From Holophagaceae bacterium (GTDB taxonomy: Bacteria; Acidobacteriota; Holophagae; Holophagales; Holophagaceae): 64,000 nucleotides of DNA. Positions 1 through 10,016 of the stretch are shown here, in pieces. A program made the translations under genes and the position numbers. How positions within the stretch are numbered: the first letter of the stretch is position 1; each line of letters begins with the position of its first letter. Below the pieces are notes generated by a model. The model worked only from the letters and a program-made list of their open reading frames with translations, was not told the origin of the DNA and did not search any database. The stretch spans positions 1,477-65,476 of the forward strand of contig JBGAST010000016.1 in assembly GCA_044229575.1 (NCBI GenBank), in the 5' to 3' direction.

Positions 1-1172
1 CGGATGCGGTCCTCCAGCCCCTGCAGCACATCCGGGTTGGATTTGGGAACGCCCCAGCCCAGGATGCCCTTCGGGAGTCCGGCCGCGCGCCCCAGCTCCT
101 TTTCCGTCATCGCTTCGTTCCCCTCGAAGCGCAGGGCGGCCAGCTTCACCGGGGCGCCCGGCTTGAGGGTGTACGTGACGCGGACAACCCGGGGCCGCTC
201 CACCGGCCCCTCCAGCACCTCCCGGCGGTGGGACACCAACGGATCAAGGTGGCCCTGGTTGCGCAGGTAGCGGAAGATCCGCCGGTCCCCTTCGTCCAGG
301 AGTTCCGGGCTGTAGCGCTCGGCGCGGGCCAGGGGAGCCAATTCGGCGATGCCGCCAAAGCCCAGGGAACCGCCCTCCGCCTTCAGTTCCACCACCGGTC
401 CCGGATCGGCCTCCAGGTGCAGGGTCCCTCCCTCCGTGAAGCGGAACTCGGCCCTCCACTCGTAGCGGTGGTCCTTCAGGAAGCGCTTCCGCAACCGGGC
501 GAGGGCCTCCCGGCGGAAGGCGAGGGTCCAGAGGGTCCGTCCGGGACGCACCCCGACCACCTCCCAGAGGCGGGCCTCGCCGTAGGGTTCGGCGTGGCCC
601 TCGACGGCGAGCTTGAGGATCCGGGCAGGCGCGCCCCGCCGGATGTCGATCACCAGCCCCGCTCCGCCTTCGGCCTCGGCGATGGAGACCGAAGCCGCGG
701 GAAACCCCGCCGCCCGCAGCACCTGCTCCGCGCTGCTCCGCCAGGCTTCCCGGCGGGCGAGGCCCACGGCGATGCCCCGATGCAGTTCCGGAAAGAGACG
801 CCGGGCGGCGGGGGCTTCCCCGGCACCGTCGTCCCGGAGGGTCCAGCCCCGGAGGCTCGGCCAGGGGTCGAGCCGGAAACGGGCGAGGCCGGAGCCGGGC
901 GTCAGGCTCCCCTGCACGTCGCGGAAGCGGTCCGTGGCCCGCACCGCCGAAAGGGCTATGGCGAAGGAGGCCTCGTCGGTGATCCGCCCGGCGGCGGCGC
1001 GGGCGTAGGCCTGGTCGTCGGAGCTGCCCCCTTCGATCACCAGGGGGAGAGGAGCCTGGGCGGGGACGGGTACAGCTCTCGGCGGCGCCTGGGCCCAGAC
1101 GGCCGTCTGAGCCGCGAGAAGGAGCCCCCCGCGGGCCGACCGGCAGAACGCCCCGCGGGCTGGGGTGCGCAT
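1..1172 (-). CDS. BamA/TamA-family outer membrane protein, N-terminal part with POTRA-like repeats. It is partial because its 3' end lies beyond the window start.
   Basis: My own minus-strand translation from ATG (cat at 1170-1172) reads MRTPARGAFCRSARGGLLLAAQTAVWA (signal peptide). It continues with POTRA-like segments (..VKLAALRFEGNEAMTEKELGRAAGLPKG..) and stays open to position 1. It is absent from the ORF track because the stop lies outside the window. Confidence 0.6.
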   Translation of the reverse strand, partial: MRTPARGAFCRSARGGLLLAAQTAVWAQAPPRAVPVPAQAPLPLVIEGGSSDDQAYARAAAGRITDEASFAIALSAVRATDRFRDVQGSLTPGSGLARFRLDPWPSLRGWTLRDDGAGEAPAARRLFPELHRGIAVGLARREAWRSSAEQVLRAAGFPAASVSIAEAEGGAGLVIDIRRGAPARILKLAVEGHAEPYGEARLWEVVGVRPGRTLWTLAFRREALARLRKRFLKDHRYEWRAEFRFTEGGTLHLEADPGPVVELKAEGGSLGFGGIAELAPLARAERYSPELLDEGDRRIFRYLRNQGHLDPLVSHRREVLEGPVERPRVVRVTYTLKPGAPVKLAALRFEGNEAMTEKELGRAAGLPKGILGWGVPKSNPDVLQGLEDRI

Positions 1173-1187
1173 GGGAGCCGCTCGGGC

Positions 1188-1529
1188 TCAGAAGGCGGCG
1201 AGGGATTCTTCCTCGGTGTCCTTCACATCGAAGACGGAGTGCAGGCTGGTCATGGTGATGAGGCTGAAGATGCGGCTGTTCATGCCGCAGATCTTCAACT
1301 CGCCCCCCTTGTTCTTGATGCTGGTGAAGCAGCCCACCAGCTCGCCCACGCCCGAGGAGTCGAGGTAGCTGACCTTCGAGAAGTTGATGAGCACCTTGCG
1401 GGAACCCTGGTCGAGGGTGGTGCGCACCGCCTCGCCCAGCTCCTGGTCGCCATCCCCCAGGGTGATCTTGCCCTCGGGGTAGAGGATCGTCACGTCGTTG
1501 TGAGTGCGGGTGGTCATTTTCATGGGCAT
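1188..1529 (-). CDS. STAS-domain anti-sigma-factor antagonist (SpoIIAA-like)
   Basis: 113 aa with typical STAS signatures: ..LDQGSRKVLINFSKVSYLDSSGVGELV.. and GGELKICGMNSRI. Confidence 0.85.
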   Translation of the reverse strand: MPMKMTTRTHNDVTILYPEGKITLGDGDQELGEAVRTTLDQGSRKVLINFSKVSYLDSSGVGELVGCFTSIKNKGGELKICGMNSRIFSLITMTSLHSVFDVKDTEEESLAAF

Positions 1530-1637
1530 CCTCGCGGGTTGTTCCGGGAGTGTATCAACCTAAGAAGGCAAGGCAATAGCTCTCACTGATTTCCGCCGCT
1601 ATGCTGCGGGTTCAGCCCAGCCCGAGCGACCCAGCCC

Positions 1638-2369
1638 ATGCCAATCGCCTTTGAACCCACCGTTGGAATGCCCGGCCACATCCTGGCGGTGGACGACCAG
1701 CCGGACAATCTCCGGGTCCTGTCCCTGGAGCTGCGCAACCATCCCTTCATCCTCACCCTGGCCGCCAGCGCGGAGGAGGCCCTGGCCTACTGCGCCCGCC
1801 AGCAGTTCGAAGGCATCCTGCTGGATGTCAGCCTGCCGGGCACGGACGGGGTGGAGCTTTGCAGCCGGATCCGGACCGGCGCTCTGAACGCCCGGACCCC
1901 CATCATCTTCCTGAGCGCCCTGCGGGTCGGGGACGACTGGGTGGCCAAGGGCCTCGGCGCCGGCGGCCTCGACTACCTCACCAAGCCCTACGTCTTCCAG
2001 GAGCTCCTGGCCAAGCTCAAGCTCATGGTGCGCCTCTGCCGACAGGAGCTGGCCCTGGTGAACGAGGCGCGACAGCGCACCCTCCTGGAGGTGGCCGGGG
2101 GGGCCGCCCACGAGCTTGCCCAGCCCCTCGCCACCGCCCGGATCCTGGCGGACCTGCTGGTGGACGGGGGCGGCTCCCTCACGGTCCAGCAGTCCAGGGC
2201 CCTGCGGGACAGCCTGGACAACGCCTGCACCATCCTGCGGAAGCTCCAGGACCTGGACGGCTATGCCACCAAGCCCTACGCCCGGGGCGACATCCTGGAC
2301 CTGAGCGAAGCCGCCCCGGGGGAGACCACGGCCCGTTTCCCCCTCGCCGTGGAGCAGCCCCCCGACTGA
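1638..2369 (+). CDS. Response-regulator receiver domain fused to a HisKA-like DHp helix (H-box HELAQPL), with no HATPase domain
   Basis: REC motifs are present (ILAVDDQPDN, LLDVSLPGTDG, YLTKPY). They are followed by AAHELAQPLATARILADLL. At 243 aa the protein is too short for a catalytic ATPase domain. Confidence 0.8.
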   Translation: MPIAFEPTVGMPGHILAVDDQPDNLRVLSLELRNHPFILTLAASAEEALAYCARQQFEGILLDVSLPGTDGVELCSRIRTGALNARTPIIFLSALRVGDDWVAKGLGAGGLDYLTKPYVFQELLAKLKLMVRLCRQELALVNEARQRTLLEVAGGAAHELAQPLATARILADLLVDGGGSLTVQQSRALRDSLDNACTILRKLQDLDGYATKPYARGDILDLSEAAPGETTARFPLAVEQPPD

Positions 2370-2405
2370 TGCTGGCCTTCCGTTAGACTGGACCTTCGGC
2401 CCCCG

Positions 2406-3539
2406 TTGTCCAGGAGGGCGGCCGCGCGAGGCCCCATGTCGGATCAGCTCCAGCCCCTCTCCCCCCGCCGCAGGACCCGCCAGATCATGGTGGGCAAAGT
2501 GCCGGTGGGCGGAGACGCCCCCATCCCGGTCCAGAGCATGACCAAGACCGACAGCCGGGACGTGGAGGCCACCGTCAGCCAGATCTACAGCTACGCCGGG
2601 GCGGGCTGCGAGATCGTGCGGGTCTCGGTGCCCACCAAGAAGGCAGGCGAGGTCTTCCACGAAATCGTCGCCCGAAGTCCCATCCCCATCATCGCCGACA
2701 TCCACTTCGACTACCGCCTGGCCCTGGTGGCGGCGGACGGAGGCGCCGCCTGCCTGCGCATCAATCCCGGCAACATCGGCGGTCAGGACCGGGTCCGCGC
2801 CGTGGTGGAGAAGGCCGGCGAGAAGGGCATCCCCATCCGCATCGGCGTGAACGGCGGCAGCCTGGAGAAGGACCTCCTGGAGAAGTTCGGCACCGCCACC
2901 CCGGAGGCCATGGTGGAGAGCGCCCTGCGCCACCTGGAAATGCTAGAGAAGGAAGGCTTCACCAACACCAAGATCAGCCTCAAGGCCAGCGACGTGGTGC
3001 GCACGGTGGCGGCCTACCGGCTGCTGGCGAAGCAGGTGGACTATCCCTTCCACCTGGGCGTGACGGAGGCGGGCACGCCCTTCGGCGGCACCATCCGCAG
3101 CAGCATCGGCATGGGCATCCTCCTGGGCGAAGGGATCGGCGACACCATCCGCGTCTCGCTCACCGGCGACGGCGAGGAGGAGTGCCGGGTGGGCCACGAG
3201 ATGCTGCGGGCCCTGGCGCTGCGGGAAGGCGGCATCCGCATGGTGAGCTGCCCCAGCTGCGGCCGGGTGCAGATCGACCTGAACCGGGTGGCCAACGAGA
3301 TCGAGGCGGGCCTCAAGGCCATCAACCACGAGGGCATCACCTACGCGGTCATGGGCTGCGTGGTGAACGGCCCCGGGGAGGCCAAGGACGCGGACCTGGG
3401 CGTGGCCGGCGGCGCCGGCGAGGGCCTCATCTACCGCCGTGGCGAGCTGATCCGCAAGGTGAAGGAGGAGGACCTTGTCCCCGCCTTCCTGGAGGAGGCC
3501 CGGAAGTACAAGCTGGAACTCGAGACGGCCGGTGCCTGA
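2406..3539 (+). CDS. ispG: 4-hydroxy-3-methylbut-2-en-1-yl diphosphate synthase (MEP pathway)
   Basis: Full-length IspG/GcpE-like sequence (VPVGGDAPIPVQSMTKTD.., RINPGNIG.., SCPSCGR.., GCVVNGPGEA). The true start may be the internal ATG at 2436. Confidence 0.95.
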   Translation: MSRRAAARGPMSDQLQPLSPRRRTRQIMVGKVPVGGDAPIPVQSMTKTDSRDVEATVSQIYSYAGAGCEIVRVSVPTKKAGEVFHEIVARSPIPIIADIHFDYRLALVAADGGAACLRINPGNIGGQDRVRAVVEKAGEKGIPIRIGVNGGSLEKDLLEKFGTATPEAMVESALRHLEMLEKEGFTNTKISLKASDVVRTVAAYRLLAKQVDYPFHLGVTEAGTPFGGTIRSSIGMGILLGEGIGDTIRVSLTGDGEEECRVGHEMLRALALREGGIRMVSCPSCGRVQIDLNRVANEIEAGLKAINHEGITYAVMGCVVNGPGEAKDADLGVAGGAGEGLIYRRGELIRKVKEEDLVPAFLEEARKYKLELETAGA

Positions 3540-3555
3540 GGCGGAGTCCAGGCCG

Positions 3556-3948
3556 ATGGAGTCCGCCGTGTGGAAGCTCTGGATGCTGGACCATCCCTTC
3601 CTCGTGCTCTTCGTCTACCTCTGCGTGGAGGCCCTGCTGCCGGTGCGCTTCCAGCCCAGTGCCTGGCTCGCCCGCGCCGCCATTCGCGGCTACCAGGTGG
3701 CCCTCAGCCCGCTCCTGGGCGGCGCGTGCAAGTTCCACCCCAGCTGCAGCCACTATGGCCTCGGCTGCGTGCGCACCCACGGCACCCTGAAGGGCGGGAT
3801 CCTCACCACCATGCGCCTCATCCGCTGCTCGCCCCTCACGGAGGGCGGCGTGGATCCCGTGCCGGACAAGCCTGAGAGCGCCGCCTGCCCGCGCTGCGGC
3901 ACGAAGCATCCGGGGCCGCTGGATCCCGCACCCTTCGCGGTGAAGTAG
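3556..3948 (+). CDS. yidD: Membrane protein insertion efficiency factor YidD, with an N-terminal hydrophobic extension
   Basis: YidD signature: YQVALSPLLGGACKFHPSCSHYG...GTLKG..LTTMRLIRCSPL..GGVDPVP. I chose the start at ATG 3556, inside track ORF 3475..3948. Confidence 0.85.
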   Translation: MESAVWKLWMLDHPFLVLFVYLCVEALLPVRFQPSAWLARAAIRGYQVALSPLLGGACKFHPSCSHYGLGCVRTHGTLKGGILTTMRLIRCSPLTEGGVDPVPDKPESAACPRCGTKHPGPLDPAPFAVK

Positions 3949-3968
3949 GACAAGGCCTGCTCGCTTCC

Positions 3969-4016
3969 GTTTTCCAGAATCTTAATTAATCTATTTTCTA
4001 TTTTTCCGCATTGAGT
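3969..4016 (+). promoter_or_regulatory. AT-rich island (promoter-like) in an otherwise GC-rich region
   Basis: The sequence GTTTTCCAGAATCTTAATTAATCTATTTTCTATTTTTCCGCATTGAG contains the palindrome TTAATTAA. No such AT-rich stretch occurs in the flanking genes. Confidence 0.4.
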
Positions 4017-4257
4017 AGCACTGGGAATCTTGGCTCCGGCGGCCTTCCGCCCCTGGAGTTCCCATGCTGTTCCTCTTCGTCGGCACCGTCCTGGTCATGC
4101 CCCCCTGGAACCTCTGGGTGGTCTAAGGCGCACCCGGACCGGAGGCCTGGTCCGGTTCCGCGACCTCGCCAAGCGACATGTCCGCACGCCGTTGCCGGCA
4201 GCGGCCCGGCCTCCGGGATCTTTGACCCCGGCGGCTACCCCCTCTCTGGAGTCCCCG

Positions 4258-4488
4258 ATGTTCCTGCTTTCCCTCGCCGCGGGCCTCGTCATGACCGCGG
4301 GCCACCTCTGGATGGCCTGGGAGGCCTGGGAGCAGGAGGGCCTGCTCTGGGGCCTGCTGGTCCTCCTCATCCCGCTCGCCGGGCTCTTCTTCTGGTGGCG
4401 CACGGACTTCGACAGCCGCATCCGCAAGGCGGGAATCCTCTACCTCGTGGGGTACGGCCTGAACCTCGTCTTGGCGGTGGTGGGGTGA
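4258..4488 (+). CDS. Small hypothetical membrane protein (2-3 TM helices)
   Basis: The hydrophobic 76-aa tail of ORF 4030..4488 starts at MFLLSLAAGLVMTAG. The upstream part of that ORF is Arg/Pro-rich and looks non-coding. Confidence 0.5.
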   Translation: MFLLSLAAGLVMTAGHLWMAWEAWEQEGLLWGLLVLLIPLAGLFFWWRTDFDSRIRKAGILYLVGYGLNLVLAVVG

Positions 4489-4512
4489 AGCCTTGTACGG
4501 CGGCTCACGGGT

Positions 4513-6012
<1,500 letters not shown>

Positions 6013-6115
6013 CTCCTCTTCGTCCTGGTCCCGGGAAGCCTGAAGTGTATCGAAGGCCTTCGCGGCTTCCAGTCCCGGGCCCCAGGTCTAGACTGGAGCT
6101 TTCCCTGGATGGACC

Positions 6116-8950
6116 ATGCATCGCATTCCCGCCCTCTGCCTCCTCCTCGCGGCGTCGACCTGCCTCGGCGCCCAGAACGCCGGCCGGGAGCGCCCCGACC
6201 ACGCGGAGCGGCGGGAGGAGGCCCTGCTGGCCTGGAGCGGCGGGCGGCCCAGCCTCGCCTACCTGGACTTCAAGGCGCGCCTGGCCGCGAAGGAGGTCGA
6301 GGCCTGGCGCCCCCTCTTCGCCCGGAACGCGGCGGCCGCGGCGGGTCCGGTGTGGCGCAACCTGGGGCCCTTCCACCAGACCGTGCTGCGCACGGCGCCG
6401 GACAACGACGGCGGCCGCATCACCTCCCTGGCGACGCATCCCACGGACCCCAGGATCCTCTACCTCGCCACCCAGTCCGGCATCTACCGCTGCGCCGACG
6501 CGGATCCCGCCGCCGCGGGCGACTGGACCTGGGAGTCCCTGGGGGACGCCCTGCCCTCCAGCAGCGCCGCGGGCAACCTCAGCATCGGCGCCATCGCCCT
6601 CAGCCCCGCGGATCCCAGCACGCTCTACGCCGGCATGGGGGATCCCTTCGGCACCGACTCCCGGGGCTTCTACGTCAGCCATGACGCCGGCGCCTCCTGG
6701 AGCGCCGGGGTGATGCTCGGCGGCGCCACCCGCACCCTGGACCTCCTCGCCCTCAACGCCAGCGTCATCCTGGTGGGCACCAATGCCGGGCTCTGGCGCA
6801 GCACCGACGGCGGCGCCACCTTCGCGAACCTCAACCTCGGAGGAAGCACCTCGGGCTCCGCCTGGTCCATCCGCGCCGTGACCGCGTCGGACCTGGTCTG
6901 CACGCGGAATGGCCAGATCTTCTGGAGCGCCGACCAGGGCGCGAGCTGGACGGCGGCCGCCCTGGATCCCTCCGTGACGGCCCTGTCCCCCGCCCGCATC
7001 AGCGTGGAGGTCACGCCCGCCAGCGCCAGCCGCGTGTGGGGCCTCTGCAACCAGGGCGGCAACGTGGCCCGCGGCCTGCTGAGGAGCAACGACAAGGGGC
7101 ACAGCTGGACCTTCGTGGCCGCGCCCGCCCAGGCGGGCGGCCTCTTCCAGGGCAGCGGGTGGAACGGGGACCCCACCAATCCCGGCAATCCCGACATGCC
7201 CTACGACGGCGGCCAGGGCACCTACAACCAGGGCCTGGCGGTGGATCCCGCGGATCCCGACAAGCTCTTCGTGGGTTCCAACCTCGCCCTCTACCGCACC
7301 CAGAACAGCGGCGGCTCCTGGGAACAGGTCACCCACTGGGCGGGCTTCACGCGGGTCTACAGCCACGCGGACCTCCACGCCACCGCCTGGTCCAAGGCGG
7401 GCCCCAAGACGCTCTTCCTGGGCAGCGACGGCGGCCTCGGGATCCTGCGCCAGCCGGACCGCGCCACCATCCCCAGCGCCCCCTGGGACGTGCGGGTGCA
7501 AAGCGATCCGTCCTTCCTGGACCACCGGCGCAACAAGGGTTTGGCCACCCAGCTCATCTACCACCTGGGCTCGACCCCCGCCGCGAGCCCCGCGGACGCG
7601 AGGCACCGCATCACCGCCGGCCTCCAGGACAACGGCATCATCGTGCGCACGGACGAGGGCCAGGGCATGGCCCAGAGCGGCTTCTTCCCGGAAGCGGTGC
7701 AGGCCAACGGGGACAGCCTGGCCGGGGACGGCTTCGGCACCGTCATCCACCCGGTGAACGGGGACCTGATGCTGGGCGTGGAGCAGTTCAACTTCACCTT
7801 CCGCTCCGCCAACGGCGGCGCCACCTGGGCCCTGTCCCAGGCCGGCCTGCCCACGCCCGGCAACAGCACCCTCTGGCCCTTCCTCTCCCGGCTCGTGCTG
7901 GGCGGCGCCGATCCGACGGGCAACACGGTGTACACGCCCGGGCGGACGGGGGTCTGGAGGAGCACGGACTTCGGCCAGACCTGGGCCGCGGTGCCCATGA
8001 CCGGGTACAACCCTTCCTTCATCATTCGGAACATGGCGGCGGCGAAGAGCGACGGCAGCTCCCTCTGCGTCGTCACCGGCAGCAGCACCGGCTTCATCAC
8101 CACCAACGGCGGCGCGGCCTGGAGCCAGTTCGGCACGATCCCCAATTCCGGGTCCGCCTTCAGTTCCGCCTGGTTCGACACCACCGACGCCAGCACGCTC
8201 TACGTGGCCTCGGCGGCGGTCAGCGCGACCTCCAACCACCTCTGGCGCAGCGCGAACCGGGGCGCCTCCTGGACCGCCCTGGACAGCGCCGCCAACGGCT
8301 TCCCCTTCGGCGTGCCGGTGCACGTGGTGCAGAACGCCCCCTGGGACCGCAACGAGCTCTTCGCCGGCACGGACCTGGGCCTCTACCGCAGCGCGGACGG
8401 CGGCGCCTCCTGGGCCCGCTATGGCGCCGGCCTGCCCCTCGTGGGCGTCCGGGACCTCTACGTGGATCCCGGCGGCGCCTTCCTGCGGGTGGCCACCTGG
8501 GGGCGCGGCCTCTGGGAGCTCAACCTCGCCGCCCCGGTCCTGGCGGTCACCCCCGAGGCACCGGAAACCGACTCCGGCGCCACCGTGCAGTTCAGCGCCA
8601 CCCTGGGCGGCGCGCCCACCACGGCGGTGGCCTGGAGCGTCCAGGAGGGCGCCGCCGGGGGCAGCATCAGCGCTGCGGGGCTCTACACCGCCCCGGCGGG
8701 GGCCGGCACCTTCCACGTGGTCGCCGCGGAGGCCGGGAACCCCGCCAACACCGCCAGCCGCGCCGTGAAGGTCTGGCGCGGCGCCGACGCGGACGGCGAC
8801 GGCACCGTGGACGTGCTGGACCTGGCCCGCCTGGCCCGCGCCTTCGGCGCCGCCAGCGGCCAGGCCCTCTTCGACGCCGCGGCGGACCTTGACGGGGACG
8901 GCCTGGTGGGCGATGCGGACGCGGCGCGGCTGCTGGCGCGGATCCAGTGA
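6116..8950 (+). CDS. Secreted BNR/Asp-box beta-propeller protein with a C-terminal Ig-like (Big_2-type) domain and a dockerin-type Ca-binding repeat pair
   Basis: The signal peptide is MHRIPALCLLLAASTCLGAQ. About 10 Asp-box motifs of the SxDxGxTW type are present (SHDAGASW, STDGGATF, SADQGASW, SNDKGHSW, STDFGQTW, SADGGASW and others). The C-terminus carries DADGDGTVDVLDL...DLDGDGLVGDADA. Confidence 0.8.
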   Translation: MHRIPALCLLLAASTCLGAQNAGRERPDHAERREEALLAWSGGRPSLAYLDFKARLAAKEVEAWRPLFARNAAAAAGPVWRNLGPFHQTVLRTAPDNDGGRITSLATHPTDPRILYLATQSGIYRCADADPAAAGDWTWESLGDALPSSSAAGNLSIGAIALSPADPSTLYAGMGDPFGTDSRGFYVSHDAGASWSAGVMLGGATRTLDLLALNASVILVGTNAGLWRSTDGGATFANLNLGGSTSGSAWSIRAVTASDLVCTRNGQIFWSADQGASWTAAALDPSVTALSPARISVEVTPASASRVWGLCNQGGNVARGLLRSNDKGHSWTFVAAPAQAGGLFQGSGWNGDPTNPGNPDMPYDGGQGTYNQGLAVDPADPDKLFVGSNLALYRTQNSGGSWEQVTHWAGFTRVYSHADLHATAWSKAGPKTLFLGSDGGLGILRQPDRATIPSAPWDVRVQSDPSFLDHRRNKGLATQLIYHLGSTPAASPADARHRITAGLQDNGIIVRTDEGQGMAQSGFFPEAVQANGDSLAGDGFGTVIHPVNGDLMLGVEQFNFTFRSANGGATWALSQAGLPTPGNSTLWPFLSRLVLGGADPTGNTVYTPGRTGVWRSTDFGQTWAAVPMTGYNPSFIIRNMAAAKSDGSSLCVVTGSSTGFITTNGGAAWSQFGTIPNSGSAFSSAWFDTTDASTLYVASAAVSATSNHLWRSANRGASWTALDSAANGFPFGVPVHVVQNAPWDRNELFAGTDLGLYRSADGGASWARYGAGLPLVGVRDLYVDPGGAFLRVATWGRGLWELNLAAPVLAVTPEAPETDSGATVQFSATLGGAPTTAVAWSVQEGAAGGSISAAGLYTAPAGAGTFHVVAAEAGNPANTASRAVKVWRGADADGDGTVDVLDLARLARAFGAASGQALFDAAADLDGDGLVGDADAARLLARIQ

Positions 8951-8969
8951 GCGGAGCCGTCGGCCCCGG

Positions 8970-9206
8970 CTAGTGCGCGTCCTGCACGGAGAAGGCGTCG
9001 GTGCGGCCCTGGGTTTCCACCACGTGGCCGCTGCGGCGCAGGCGCAGGGTGTGCTGGACCGTCTGCATGCAGGTCATGAGGGGCAGGTCGAGGCCCAGGC
9101 GCCGCAGGTCCTCGCCCGTGAACCAGGCGGTGCCGGCGGCGTCCTTCCGGGCCTGGTGGTCGGCCAGGATGATTTCGGTGGGGCTCAGGGTCGCGGCGCT
9201 GCTCAT
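8970..9206 (-). CDS. Hypothetical small protein (78 aa)
   Basis: This is the only non-shadow ORF in the gap between two convergent/divergent genes. There is an AGGAA about 5 nt upstream of the ATG. I recognise no family. Confidence 0.35.
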   Translation of the reverse strand: MSSAATLSPTEIILADHQARKDAAGTAWFTGEDLRRLGLDLPLMTCMQTVQHTLRLRRSGHVVETQGRTDAFSVQDAH

Positions 9207-9271
9207 GGGGGTTCCTGACGCGCGAGGACCGGCCTCCCGCTGATAAGTTTGAATAGCACAACGGAGGCTGC

Positions 9272-10012
9272 GTGGCGAATTGGCGGAACAACGCCCTGTG
9301 GGGATTCTTCACCCTGATCTGGGCCGTGGTCTCGGTGATGGGCATCGTCCTGGGCATCCTCCTGGCCGCGCCCTTCCTCGGCCCCCGCCGGGCCTTCTTC
9401 ACCGTGGGGCCCTGGTGGGCGCGCCAGATGTTCGCCGTCTGCGGCATCTCCTGCGACGTGCGCGGCTGGGAGGCCCTGCCCGAGGCGATCCGGAACGGGA
9501 AGCAGCCCGTGATCTTCATGAGCAACCACGAAAGCCAGCTGGACCCGCCCCTCCTCATCGGCGCCATCCCGGTGCCGGCGGTCTACATCGCCAAGAAGGA
9601 GGTGAAGTACATCCCCTTCGTGGGCTGGGCCGCCATGTGCGCCGGCGTGATCTGGATCGACCGGGGCAACCACGACAAGGCGATGGCCAGCATCCGCGAA
9701 GCCGCCCGGAAGGTCCACGGCGGCCGCAACGTGGTGATCTTCCCCGAAGGCACCCGCACCCGCACCGGGGAGCTGCTCCCCTTCAAGAAGGGCGGCTTCA
9801 ACCTGGCCCGTGAGGCGGAAGTCTCCATCGTCCCCGTGGCGACCGTCGGCGGCTTCCAGACCCTGCCTCCGGGCGCCAAGGGGGTCCGCCCGGGGCGTTA
9901 CGTGGTGAGCTTCGGGGAGCCTGTGGACCCCGCGGCCTTTCCGGAGCGGGACGGGCTGATGGGGGAGGTCCGGGCCCGCATCGCAGCCTTGATCCAGGCG
10001 GCCCGGGCCTGA
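9272..10012 (+). CDS. plsC: 1-acyl-sn-glycerol-3-phosphate acyltransferase
   Basis: The HX4D motif (NHESQLD) and FPEGTRT block are present, with an N-terminal TM helix. It has a GTG start with GGAGG 4 nt upstream. Confidence 0.9.
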   Translation: MANWRNNALWGFFTLIWAVVSVMGIVLGILLAAPFLGPRRAFFTVGPWWARQMFAVCGISCDVRGWEALPEAIRNGKQPVIFMSNHESQLDPPLLIGAIPVPAVYIAKKEVKYIPFVGWAAMCAGVIWIDRGNHDKAMASIREAARKVHGGRNVVIFPEGTRTRTGELLPFKKGGFNLAREAEVSIVPVATVGGFQTLPPGAKGVRPGRYVVSFGEPVDPAAFPERDGLMGEVRARIAALIQAARA

Positions 10013-10016
10013 ATCC

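Noticed and set aside
228-1589. 453-aa + strand ORF at the window start
   Set aside because: Its composition is dominated by Gly/Pro/Ala/Arg/Glu. It lies antisense to a coherent POTRA-containing protein and to the STAS gene, so it is a typical GC-rich shadow ORF.
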